From assembly GCA_963726435.1 (NCBI GenBank), contig CAVSCJ010000001.1, positions 18,786-82,785 on the forward strand: DNA of 64,000 nucleotides, given 5' to 3'. The stretch is from an uncultured Coriobacteriia bacterium. GTDB lineage: Bacteria; Actinomycetota; Coriobacteriia; Anaerosomatales; PALSA-660. Below are positions 54,836 to 64,000 of the stretch, one piece after another (the first letter of the stretch is position 1; the number at the start of each line of letters is the position of its first letter). Below the pieces are notes generated by a model, which was not told the DNA's origin, did no database searches, and was given only the letters and a program-made list of their open reading frames with translations. Position numbers and translations under genes: made by a program.

Positions 54836-54918
54836 GGCCCTTTTTGCGGCGTCCCGCAGCCCCGATGCGCCGCGAATGCCGCGCGTTCCGGACCCCTGCC
54901 GGCTGGGGCGAGAAGACG

Positions 54919-54956
54919 CCGGCAGGGCCGGGAGCTCGAGGCCCCGACCCTGCCGG
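54919..54956 (-). terminator. Hairpin after rplL
   Basis: CCGGCAGGG...CCCTGCCGG stem followed by a short pyrimidine run on the minus strand. Confidence 0.55.
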
Positions 54957-54976
54957 GATGGATCGCCGCGAGAGTG

Positions 54977-55360
54977 CTACTTGACCTCGACGACGGCGCC
55001 TGCCTCTTCGAGCTTGCCCTTGGCCTTGTCGGCCTCGTCCTTGTTCACGCCTTGCAGAACGGAGGCGGGAGCCGACTCGACCAGGTCCTTCGCTTCCTTC
55101 AGTCCGAGACCCGGGACGATCTCGCGGACGACCTTGATGACCGAGATCTTGTTCGGGCCGACCTCGGCGAGGACGACGTCGAAGGTGGTCTTCTCCTCCT
55201 CCGGCGCGGCTTCGCCGGCGGTGGCGCCTGCGGCGGCCACGGCGACGGGAGCGGCAGCGGAAACACCGAAGATCTCCTCGAATTCCTTGACGAGCTCCGC
55301 CAGCTGGAGTGCCGGCATCTCCTTGATAGCCTCGATGATCTCATCCTTGCTTACAGCCAT
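54977..55360 (-). CDS. rplL: 50S ribosomal protein L7/L12
   Basis: [18 protein letters not shown]. Confidence 0.98.
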   Translation of the reverse strand: MAVSKDEIIEAIKEMPALQLAELVKEFEEIFGVSAAAPVAVAAAGATAGEAAPEEEKTTFDVVLAEVGPNKISVIKVVREIVPGLGLKEAKDLVESAPASVLQGVNKDEADKAKGKLEEAGAVVEVK

Positions 55361-55451
55361 GGTGTCCAGTTCTCCTTTGCTCTGATCTTCATTCGGCCGG
55401 CCCAGCGCTCCCGCGCGACCCGCGCCTCACGGTCTTCTTCTCACGCGCTGG

Positions 55452-55973
55452 CTAGGCCGCGGCCTTCTGGTCCGCGATCGCCTTCAGGACGCGGGCGAAC
55501 GCGCCCGCGGGGCCGGCCAGAACGCGAACGAACCCGGACATCGGGTTCTGTATCGTGCCGAGCAGCTTCGCGATGAGCTGATCACGCGACGGGAGCGCCG
55601 CCAGTCTCCGCACGCCGTCGGCCGTCGTGATGGTGCTGTCGACGAAGCCGCCCTTGAGCTCGAGCGCCTTGTGCGCCTTCGCGAAGTCCACGAGCGCCTT
55701 CGCCGGGGCGACCGGGTCGCCGAAGCTGAACAGGAACGCCGTCGGGCCCTCGAGCAGATCGCCGAGGTCCGGCAGAGCGAGTTCGCGCATCGCTATCTGA
55801 GCAAGAGTGTTCTTGTACACGCGCAACTCGGCGTCGGTGTCTCGCAGGGAGACGCGGAGCGCTTGGATCTCCTTGACGGTCAGGCCGCGGTAGTCGGCCA
55901 GGATGACCGCCGAGGACCGTGCGAACCGGTCCTTGATCTCGCCTACCTCTTCTATCTTGTGGGCATTGGGCAT
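55452..55973 (-). CDS. rplJ: 50S ribosomal protein L10
   Basis: DYRGLTV, KNTL, LAALPSR. Confidence 0.97.
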   Translation of the reverse strand: MPNAHKIEEVGEIKDRFARSSAVILADYRGLTVKEIQALRVSLRDTDAELRVYKNTLAQIAMRELALPDLGDLLEGPTAFLFSFGDPVAPAKALVDFAKAHKALELKGGFVDSTITTADGVRRLAALPSRDQLIAKLLGTIQNPMSGFVRVLAGPAGAFARVLKAIADQKAAA

Positions 55974-56184
55974 GGTTGTCCTTCTTCCCTCCCTTCGTCC
56001 GCGTACCACCGCACGGTTCGTCCCCGCAAGAGCTGGGACGGTGGCGGCGGCAACGCCGGTCTCCGGGATCGAGATGGCCCCGGAAGACGACGTGGCCTCC
56101 GCCGAAGGATCTCGGCGGAGGCCACGGACGATTCAGTCTCGTCGCGCGTCCTTTCCGGCCGGTGGCCGGGAAGGACGCTCATGG

Positions 56185-56262
56185 ACATCCACCTCGGCAG
56201 GCGGGACTCTATCGTCCCCTTGGGCCCCGCTTCTCAGCGCAGGCACCGGCTGTCTTCGGCAG
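56185..56262 (-). ncRNA. Ribosomal protein L10 leader
   Basis: CCGAAGACAGCCGG...CCTGCCGAGG hallmark segments upstream of rplJ. Confidence 0.75.
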
Positions 56263-56357
56263 CGTCGGTCGGTATCGCGTGATGTCAAATGGTGCGGAGC
56301 GTACCCTACCACCCTGGAGGTGCCGGGGGCAAGCGCGCCCGCCACCGCCGCTGTCGA

Positions 56358-57062
56358 CTAGTCCTCGAGGAGGTTTCGGATGCGGGTCGGATCGACCTTG
56401 ATGCCGGGCCCCATCGTGGTGCAGATCGTGATCGTCTTGATGTACCTGCCCTTGGCGGACGCGGGTTTCGCGCGCAGGATCTCGTCGAGAACGGCGCGGT
56501 AGTTCTCGACCAGCTTGTCGGTGTCGAAGGACACCTTGCCGATCCCCACGTGCGCGATGCCGAACTTGTCGGCGCGGTACTCGACCTTGCCTGCCTTCAG
56601 CTCCTTGACGACGCGACCGACGTCCATGGTCACGGTGCCCAGCTTCGGGTTGGGCATCAAGCCGCGGGTCCCGAGGATCTTCCCCAGACGGCCGACCTTG
56701 GCCATCATGTCCGGGGTCGCTATGGTGGCGTCGAAGTCGAGAAAGCCGCCGTTGATCCTCTCGATGAGGTCGTCGTCGCCGACGATGTCGGCGCCGGCCG
56801 CCTCGGCCTCGCGTGCCTTCTCGCCGGAGGCGAACACGGCGACGCGGACCGTCTTGCCTGTCCCGTTCGGGAGCGAGACCGAGCCGCGGACCTGCTGGTC
56901 CGCCTGACGGGTATCGACGCCGAGACGGAAGTGGGCCTCGACGGTCTCGTCGAACTTCGCGGTCGACAGCTCCTGGCTCAGCCCTATCGCTGCGAGCGGA
57001 GTATGGATCGTCTCCTTGTCGACCTTCGCGCGGACCTCGGCGAGCCTCTTTCCGATCTTCAT
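56358..57062 (-). CDS. rplA: 50S ribosomal protein L1
   Basis: KFDETVE, GLMPNPK.GT, TMGPG. Confidence 0.98.
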   Translation of the reverse strand: MKIGKRLAEVRAKVDKETIHTPLAAIGLSQELSTAKFDETVEAHFRLGVDTRQADQQVRGSVSLPNGTGKTVRVAVFASGEKAREAEAAGADIVGDDDLIERINGGFLDFDATIATPDMMAKVGRLGKILGTRGLMPNPKLGTVTMDVGRVVKELKAGKVEYRADKFGIAHVGIGKVSFDTDKLVENYRAVLDEILRAKPASAKGRYIKTITICTTMGPGIKVDPTRIRNLLED

Positions 57063-57075
57063 CTGTGGAACCTCC

Positions 57076-57108
57076 TGTGGTCGACGGGCCCTTCTCGGAC
57101 CCTCCCAC
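57076..57108 (-). promoter_or_regulatory. Putative L1-binding leader before rplA
   Basis: GTGGGAGGGTCC-GAGAA-GGGCCCGTCGACCAC next to the SD; resembles the L1 site fold. Confidence 0.5.
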
Positions 57109-57156
57109 TACCTCTGCTGCGCGCTCGGGCGGATGCGCGGGCGCGTTCTTGCCGCG

Positions 57157-57582
57157 CTACTCCTCGACGGTGATGCCCATCGAGCGGGCGGTTCCCTCGA
57201 TGATCCTCATGCCGGCCTCTATGTCGTTCGCGTTGAGGTCGACCAGCTTGGTCTGGGCGATCTCACGGACCTGGTCCCGGGTCACCGACGCGACCTTGTC
57301 GCGGTTCGGCGCCCCCGAGCCCTTCTCCACGCCCGCGGCGGCCTTGAGCAGGACGGCCGCGGGAGGGGTCTTCGTTATGAACGTGAACGAGCGGTCCTCG
57401 TAGACGGTGATCTCGACCGGGGTGATGGTGCCGAGATTCGACTGAGTCTGCGCGTTGAACGCCTGGCAGAACTGCATGATGTTGACCTGATGCTGGCCGA
57501 GCGCGGGCCCGACCGGAGGGGCCGGGTTCGCCTGTCCGGCGGGGATCTGCAGCTTGATGAATCCTACGACCTTCTTGGCCAT
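57157..57582 (-). CDS. rplK: 50S ribosomal protein L11
   Basis: [24 protein letters not shown]. Confidence 0.98.
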   Translation of the reverse strand: MAKKVVGFIKLQIPAGQANPAPPVGPALGQHQVNIMQFCQAFNAQTQSNLGTITPVEITVYEDRSFTFITKTPPAAVLLKAAAGVEKGSGAPNRDKVASVTRDQVREIAQTKLVDLNANDIEAGMRIIEGTARSMGITVEE

Positions 57583-57729
57583 GATGTCTGTACGTCCGAT
57601 CCTTCTCGTCGGCGCCGCGCTCGTGCGCGCCGCCTGCTCTCCCGCTCTACGACACGACGCCTACCCTGCCTGAGAAGCCCGGTACGGGGGCATCACTCCC
57701 GCCGGCGGGCCGAGACGCGTCGCAGATGT

Positions 57730-58263
57730 CTACAACTTGGCGACCTGATCGAATCCGAGTTCCACGGGCGTCTCGCGCCCGAAGATCGAGACCATGACCT
57801 TGATCTTGCCCTGGTCGGGGTTGACTTCCGCGACGGTGCCGTCGAACTCCGCCAGCGGCCCGCTGGTCACCTTGACGGCCATCCCCTCGTGGAACTCGGT
57901 GAACGACTTCGGCTTGACGCCCTGGACCCCGGTGGAGCCCTTGATCCGCTTCACCTCTTCGCGTGACAGGCCGACCGGCTTGCCTTGGCTGCCCACGAAA
58001 CCGGTGACCCCGGGGGTGTTGCGCACGACATACCAGGAGTCGTCGTCGAGCTGCATCTCGACGAGTATGTAGCCCGGGAAGACCTTCTTGTCCGAGGTGA
58101 CCTTCTTGCCACCCTGCTTGATCTCGGTGATCGTCTCTTTCGGTATGAACACGTCGAAGATCTTGCCGGACATCTGCATCGACTCGATGCGGTGCTCGAG
58201 GTTCGCTTTGACCTTGTTCTCATATCCGGAGTAGGTGTGGATGACGTACCAGCGCTTCGCCAT
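57730..58263 (-). CDS. nusG: Transcription factor NusG
   Basis: WYVIHTYSGYE, FPGY, IFGRETPVEL. Confidence 0.97.
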   Translation of the reverse strand: MAKRWYVIHTYSGYENKVKANLEHRIESMQMSGKIFDVFIPKETITEIKQGGKKVTSDKKVFPGYILVEMQLDDDSWYVVRNTPGVTGFVGSQGKPVGLSREEVKRIKGSTGVQGVKPKSFTEFHEGMAVKVTSGPLAEFDGTVAEVNPDQGKIKVMVSIFGRETPVELGFDQVAKL

Positions 58264-58268
58264 CTTCC

Positions 58269-58499
58269 CTAGCCCCCGACCTGTGCGAGGAATCGGACAA
58301 CGGCGCTCGACACGTAGTCGAGACCGAAGATCAACACGATGAAGATGGCGAGCGTGACCACAACGATCCAGGAGGAGTTGACGATCTCGGTGCGCGAGGG
58401 CCATACGACCCTGCGCATCTCGGCCTTGACGTCGTTGAAGTAGCGAACGAGTCGCTTCAGCAGTCCGGGCTTCGCTGCCTTGACGCTTGTCTGGGCCAT
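58269..58499 (-). CDS. secE: Preprotein translocase SecE
   Basis: EMRRVVWPSR plus one TM helix. Confidence 0.95.
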   Translation of the reverse strand: MAQTSVKAAKPGLLKRLVRYFNDVKAEMRRVVWPSRTEIVNSSWIVVVTLAIFIVLIFGLDYVSSAVVRFLAQVGG

Positions 58500-58601
58500 C
58501 TACTCGGACCGTCCTCTCGGGTCCCCTGCCATCGGGCGGGGATGGATGCTCATGCTACCGGGCCGAAGTCTGCAACGTGCGTGGCCCGGGATGGTCTCGT
58601 G

Positions 58602-58677
58602 TGGCAGGCCAGGAGGGACTCGAACCCCCAACATCCGGTTTTGGAGACCGGCGCTCTACCATTGGAGCTACTGGCCT
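58602..58677 (-). tRNA. tRNA-Trp(CCA)
   Basis: 76-nt cloverleaf, anticodon CCA, encoded CCA end. Confidence 0.97.
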
Positions 58678-58711
58678 ATACACCGTTTCTCTCAGGAGAC
58701 GCAGGCGATGT

Positions 58712-58861
58712 CTACCTGGTCTCCTTGTGGACCGTGTGGCAGCGGCACCACTTGCAGTACTTCTTGTACTCGATGCGCTCCGGGTTGTTCTGCTTGTTCT
58801 TCGTCGTCGTGTAGTTGCGGCGCTTGCACTCCGTGCAGGCGAGCGTGACGAGCGTCCTCAT
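58712..58861 (-). CDS. rpmG: 50S ribosomal protein L33 (C+)
   Basis: Manual translation [17 protein letters not shown]...[16 protein letters not shown]. Confidence 0.96.
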   Translation of the reverse strand: MRTLVTLACTECKRRNYTTTKNKQNNPERIEYKKYCKWCRCHTVHKETR

Positions 58862-58937
58862 GGTATCGCTTCCTCCGGATGGACCCTGCCAGTACTCCCG
58901 CGGACGCGCATGCGGGGCGGGCCGGGGACGGTAGGGT

Positions 58938-58967
58938 AATCTACCACCCGCTCTCGAAGGGTGTCAA
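58938..58967 (-). promoter_or_regulatory. Putative rpmG promoter
   Basis: TTGACA-18nt-TAGATT with TGn extension. Confidence 0.65.
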
Positions 58968-58986
58968 ACCGCTCGACGAGCAGGCG

Positions 58987-59024
58987 AGCGGGACCCGGCC
59001 TCGTTTGTCGGGCCGGGTCCCGCT
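58987..59024 (-). terminator. Hairpin after second tuf
   Basis: 14-bp perfect stem AGCGGGACCCGGCC/GGCCGGGTCCCGCT; no U tract. Confidence 0.55.
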
Positions 59025-59050
59025 ACCTCATTTGCGTATGTGAAGGCGTC

Positions 59051-60238
<1,188 letters not shown>

Positions 60239-60387
60239 TTCTTCCTCCTTCTTCCTTCAAAGACGCGGCGCGGATCCGATCGGACTTGGCTCCGCGCTCA
60301 TTGCCCGTCGACGCCCCGTGCTTATCGATCCTGCTTGCTGCTGGAACGTGTCTACGACCGGCCGTCGGGCTCGGGCGTGGATGACCA

Positions 60388-60465
60388 TGGTAGCGGTGGC
60401 TGGACTCGAACCAGCGACTCCGCGGGTATGAACCGCGTGCTCTGAACCAACTGAGCTACACCGCC
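60388..60465 (-). tRNA. tRNA-Met(CAT), elongator type
   Basis: Cloverleaf, anticodon CAT, paired 1-72, CCA end. Confidence 0.93.
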
Positions 60466-60539
60466 GTGTACATGTGACCGGCGTGCGGCGCGGAGAGCTG
60501 GACTCCCCGCCTCGGCCGCACGATCCGGTGAGCCGTGAG

Positions 60540-60615
60540 TGGAGCCCACAATCGGACTCGAACCGATGACCTCTTCCTTACCAAGGAAGTGCTCTGCCGA
60601 CTGAGCTATGTGGGC
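60540..60615 (-). tRNA. tRNA-Thr(GGT)
   Basis: 76-nt cloverleaf, anticodon GGT. Confidence 0.96.
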
Positions 60616-60618
60616 GTG

Positions 60619-60703
60619 TGGTGGGGGCGCCAGGATTCGAACCTGGGTAGGCGTAGCCAACGGGTTTACAGCCCGTCCCCTTTAGCCACTCGGGCACACC
60701 CCC
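60619..60703 (-). tRNA. tRNA-Tyr(GTA)
   Basis: 85-nt cloverleaf with long variable arm, anticodon GTA. Confidence 0.96.
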
Positions 60704-60767
60704 ATACAAACAAAAAGCCGTATTCGCGATGTCAAGGTCGGCCACCACCCTGCGAAAAGGCGTGGAA

Positions 60768-60825
60768 ATACTACAGGCCCGTCGCAACCACTGTCAACGG
60801 CGGCAACGCCACCGGGCGTGCCCAT
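60768..60825 (-). promoter_or_regulatory. tRNA-tuf operon promoter with upstream 21-bp motif
   Basis: ATGGGCACGCCCGGTGGCGTT then TTGACA-18nt-TAGTAT. Confidence 0.7.
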
Positions 60826-60938
60826 GGATGATCGGGCGTTCTCGCGGCCTTCCGAAGGGTCGTCGAGTCGCTTCGGCTGAAGACGCGAACGGAGGCATGA
60901 GCTGGCAGCGCGGCGAACCTCCGTAGGATACATCGAAC

Positions 60939-61014
60939 TGGAGCCGGCGGGGGGACTCGAACCCCCGACCTATCGCTTACAAGGCGATTGCTCTGCCAAC
61001 TGAGCTACGCCGGC
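60939..61014 (-). tRNA. tRNA-Thr(TGT)
   Basis: 76-nt cloverleaf, anticodon TGT. Confidence 0.96.
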
Positions 61015-61051
61015 GCGCGCACCATTCTATTCGATGGGCCCGAAGGCGCCC

Positions 61052-61696
61052 TCAGCAGGCGCGGCACCGCTGGATCTGGATCTCCACCTTGCGCTTGACG
61101 CGCTGCAGGGCGTTGTCCACTGCCTTGGAGTGTCGGCCGAGCGTCTCAGCGATCTCGCAGTAGGAGTTGCCCGACATGTACAGGCGGAGCACGTCGGCCT
61201 CGAAACCCGATAGCGCGCCGGTGAACCCTTCCTTGATGCTCGCCGTCTCCCAGGCCGCTATGACGACCTCAGCCGGATCGCAGACCTCGCGCGCCGCGAG
61301 TATGTCGGAGAGGACGCGGTCGCCCTCTTCCTCTGAGGCGGCCGGACGGTGGAGCGAGATGTAGGTGTTCAGCGGCGTGTGCTTCTGCCGCGTCGCGGTC
61401 TTGATGGCGGTGATGAGCTGGCGGGTGACGCAGAGCTCCGCGAAGGACCGGAACGAGGCCTGGCGCTCGGGACGGAAGTCGCGGATCGCCTTGTAGAGGC
61501 CGATCATGCCCTCCTGGATAACGTCGTCCCTGTCGGCGCCCGCCAGGAAGTACGACCTGGCCTTGCAGCGGACGAAGCTTCGATACTTCTGGAGCAGTGC
61601 GGAAGACGCGCCTTCGTCACCGGCTTGGGCCGCTACGATGAGATCCGACTCCGTGTCCGTCTGCTGGCGACGGACCGTCCCCCCTCGTACGACCAC
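61052..61696 (-). CDS. sigH: RNA polymerase sigma factor SigH (Spo0H family)
   Basis: ARSYFLAGAD, QEGMIGLYKAIRDF, TAIKTATRQKH.PLN, DNALQRVKRK; GTG start with GGAGG SD. Confidence 0.93.
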   Translation of the reverse strand: MVVRGGTVRRQQTDTESDLIVAAQAGDEGASSALLQKYRSFVRCKARSYFLAGADRDDVIQEGMIGLYKAIRDFRPERQASFRSFAELCVTRQLITAIKTATRQKHTPLNTYISLHRPAASEEEGDRVLSDILAAREVCDPAEVVIAAWETASIKEGFTGALSGFEADVLRLYMSGNSYCEIAETLGRHSKAVDNALQRVKRKVEIQIQRCRAC

Positions 61697-61861
61697 TGCT
61701 TGATCCTCCCCGACTCGAACAACCCCGTGCAAGGCCCATTCGGAAGCCGCTCCGCGCCCTCCCCGACACGGTACGGCACTCCGGACGCTACCGTTCGCAC
61801 CCCGCCTTGTCAACGCGGCGGGGCCGATTCCTGCAAAGTCGCGCAGGGACCGTGGAACAGG

Positions 61862-62380
61862 TCACCGTTCGTCGGCTTCGCCGCGCCCCGCCAACCGGTC
61901 CAGACGGGCGAGGACGCCGGCGTCCAGCGTATCGGCCAGCGTGGCGCGGCGGCGTGGGGAGTCCGACTCGCGGCGCCACTCGGTCTCGTCACCCTCGAGT
62001 TCCCGGGCGAATGCCGCGGAGCGCGTGACGGTGACCGAACCGCCGCCCGCCGCCCAGCGGGTGGCGCTGTCGGAGGTGACGATCTCGACACGGTCACCCG
62101 AGTCACGGGCGGCTGACGCGAGCAACTCGATCACGGCGTCGGCTTCGTTTCCGTGGGGAGAGAAGATGACTGTGACGCCGCCGACCTGGCTCGGGGTCCC
62201 CTCGGACGCGGGGTTCCCCCCGCCATCGAAGACGACGGTGACGCCCTGGCCTTCCGCCACGCGCGAACCGAGGTCCGCGATGAGACGCTCGCGCGCGCCG
62301 TCGATGTCGCGCTCCGCGAGGGCGGCGTAGCGGGACGTGCCGAGAAGCAGGTTGTAGCCGTCGATGATGAGCCGCCTCAC
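61862..62380 (-). CDS. NYN-domain protein (YacP/Rae1 family)
   Basis: IIDGYN, VVFDG, EAD..IE, VTSD motifs; located between rlmB and sigH. Confidence 0.9.
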   Translation of the reverse strand: MRRLIIDGYNLLLGTSRYAALAERDIDGARERLIADLGSRVAEGQGVTVVFDGGGNPASEGTPSQVGGVTVIFSPHGNEADAVIELLASAARDSGDRVEIVTSDSATRWAAGGGSVTVTRSAAFARELEGDETEWRRESDSPRRRATLADTLDAGVLARLDRLAGRGEADER

Positions 62381-63132
62381 GTGTCGCCAGCCCCCCGGGG
62401 CGACAGCGTGCGGCGAAGCCACTCGTATGCGAGCACGGCGGTGGCTGCCGACACGTTGAGCGATGAGATCCGGCCGCGAACCGGGAGCGACACGAGCACG
62501 TCGCATTCGCGCTCGGTCAGACGGGCAAGACCGCTCCCCTCGGCGCCCATCACGAGGGCGATCCGCCCTTCGAGCGGAGCGTCCCAGACGACCGTGGCGG
62601 CCTGCTCGGAGGCGCCTGCCACCCAGTAGCCGGCCTCCTTGAGACGCGAGAGGCAGCGCGCGATGTTCGGCTCGCGGCAGATCGGAACGTGCTCCGCCGC
62701 TCCGGCGGCGGACTTGAGCGCCGAGGGGGTCATCGCGGCGGCACGGTCCTTGGGGATCAGCACGCCGGCAGCCCCGACCACCTCGGCGGTGCGGACCACG
62801 GCGCCCAGATTGCCCGGGTCCGTCACGTGATCGAGAACGACGATCAGACTGCTACCGTCGTTCTCGCTGGCTCGCAGCACGTCCTCGAGGCTCGAGTAGC
62901 GGAACGGCTCCACCACAGCGATGACTCCCTGATGCGAGCCTCTCTCGCTCATGCGGTCCAGCTCACGCCTCCCGACCTCGTCGACCGGGATCGCCCGCGA
63001 GCGCGCGGCCGAGCGAAGGCCGTCGAGAGGGTCTCCATGCCGCACGCCCTCGAGCAGGAACAGACGCTTCACCGCGCGGCCGGAGCTCAGAAGCTCGGCG
63101 ACGGCGTTCCTTCCCTCGACGGTCTCCTCCAC
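62377..63132 (-). CDS. rlmB: 23S rRNA (G2251-2'-O)-methyltransferase
   Basis: HQGV, DPGNLGAVVR, GAEGSG, SLNVS. Confidence 0.94.
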   Translation of the reverse strand: MEETVEGRNAVAELLSSGRAVKRLFLLEGVRHGDPLDGLRSAARSRAIPVDEVGRRELDRMSERGSHQGVIAVVEPFRYSSLEDVLRASENDGSSLIVVLDHVTDPGNLGAVVRTAEVVGAAGVLIPKDRAAAMTPSALKSAAGAAEHVPICREPNIARCLSRLKEAGYWVAGASEQAATVVWDAPLEGRIALVMGAEGSGLARLTERECDVLVSLPVRGRISSLNVSAATAVLAYEWLRRTLSPRGAGDT

Positions 63133-63142
63133 GGCGACGGCG

Positions 63143-64000
63143 CTAGCCTCGAGCCGGGACGATGCGCGGCCCCGACGGCGTGTCCTCGATGCGCCGGCCC
63201 GCGTCGCCTAGCCCGTCACGGATCCGGTCGGCCGCAGGCCAGTCGCGCTCGCGGCGAGCCGCCTCCCTAGCGTCGAGCAGCGCGGCCTCGGCATCCGCGC
63301 TGTCCGCGCCTGTGTAGCCAACGAGACGGGCCGCGAGCTCGACGAGGGGATCGGCGACTTGCCCCTGCACCGTCTGTGTCAGCGTGAACGACTGTGTGGC
63401 CGAACCGGTGGCAGGTATCGTCACGCCGAGCACGGAGAGCAGCTCGGCCACCGCGCCCTCGGCCTGGCCCAGCGCATCGAGATCGGCCGGCCCGAGGTCA
63501 GATCCGACGCGGGAGCGGAAGCCGTTGGCCACGCGGGCGAGCTCGAACAGGACGCCAAGAGCACCCGCGCTGTTGAAGTCGTCGTCCATCTCCGCATCGA
63601 ACCGGGACCGAGCGTCCGACACGGCGGCCACGAGGGCCAGCCTCTCCGACTCGGGCGCACCGGAACCCGGTGCCCGCCGGCCACGGATCCAGCGCACTTC
63701 GCGGATCATGTTCTCGAGACGCTCGTATGCCGTCCGCGCCTCGTCGAGACGCTCGGTTGAGAAGTCCAAAGGACTGCGGTAGTGCGTCTGAAGCATCAGG
63801 AGACGGATGACCGATGCCGGGTAGGAGTCGAGCACGTCCTTCAGCAACAGGAAGTTGCCCAGCGACTTGCTCATCTTCTCCGAGTTCACCTGCAGCAGGC
63901 CGCCGTGCATCCAATACCTCACGAACTGCTTCCCGGTGGCCGCCTCCGACTGCGCGCGCTCGTTCTCGTGGTGCGGGAAGATCAGGTCCGTGGCGCCACC
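63143..64000 (-). CDS. cysS: Cysteine-tRNA ligase, 3' part
   Basis: GG.DLIFPHHENE, KMSKSLGN, HYRSP, MDDDFN, ADRIRD.L. Confidence 0.97.
   Translation of the reverse strand, partial: GGATDLIFPHHENERAQSEAATGKQFVRYWMHGGLLQVNSEKMSKSLGNFLLLKDVLDSYPASVIRLLMLQTHYRSPLDFSTERLDEARTAYERLENMIREVRWIRGRRAPGSGAPESERLALVAAVSDARSRFDAEMDDDFNSAGALGVLFELARVANGFRSRVGSDLGPADLDALGQAEGAVAELLSVLGVTIPATGSATQSFTLTQTVQGQVADPLVELAARLVGYTGADSADAEAALLDAREAARRERDWPAADRIRDGLGDAGRRIEDTPSGPRIVPARG

Noticed and set aside
60388-61014. tRNA cluster as the integration site of a genomic island
   Set aside because: No integrase, duplicated tRNA 3' end or compositional shift; the flanks are core genes.

Overview
High-GC bacterial core-genome window, almost entirely on the minus strand. 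The actinobacterial-type RpoC insertion plus Firmicute-like gene content suggest a deep-branching actinomycetote, probably Coriobacteriia (inference). In transcription order it holds cysS-rlmB-yacP-sigH, four tRNAs, tuf, rpmG-tRNA-Trp-secE-nusG-rplKA-rplJL-rpoBC, the str, S10, spc and alpha operons, ecfAA'T-truA, rplM-rpsI, glmM, glmS with a glmS ribozyme, acpS-nnrD-CBS-alr, a Thermus-order V/A-type ATPase operon, nitroreductase-udg-tsaE-tsaB-rimI/tsaD and CIRCE-controlled groES-groEL. I found no mobile element or CRISPR array. Frameshifts are confined to about 6.4-16.3 kb and are most likely assembly errors. Most notable observations: (1) RpoC ends in a long acidic linker and two tandem C-x9-C-x10-C-x2-H zinc-finger-like repeats; (2) a conserved 21-bp motif precedes four translation-machinery units, three times just upstream of a -35 box; (3) two identically spaced SigH-type promoter candidates; (4) two EF-Tu paralogs that differ by a four-cysteine loop; (5) strong TAG stop preference in highly expressed genes.
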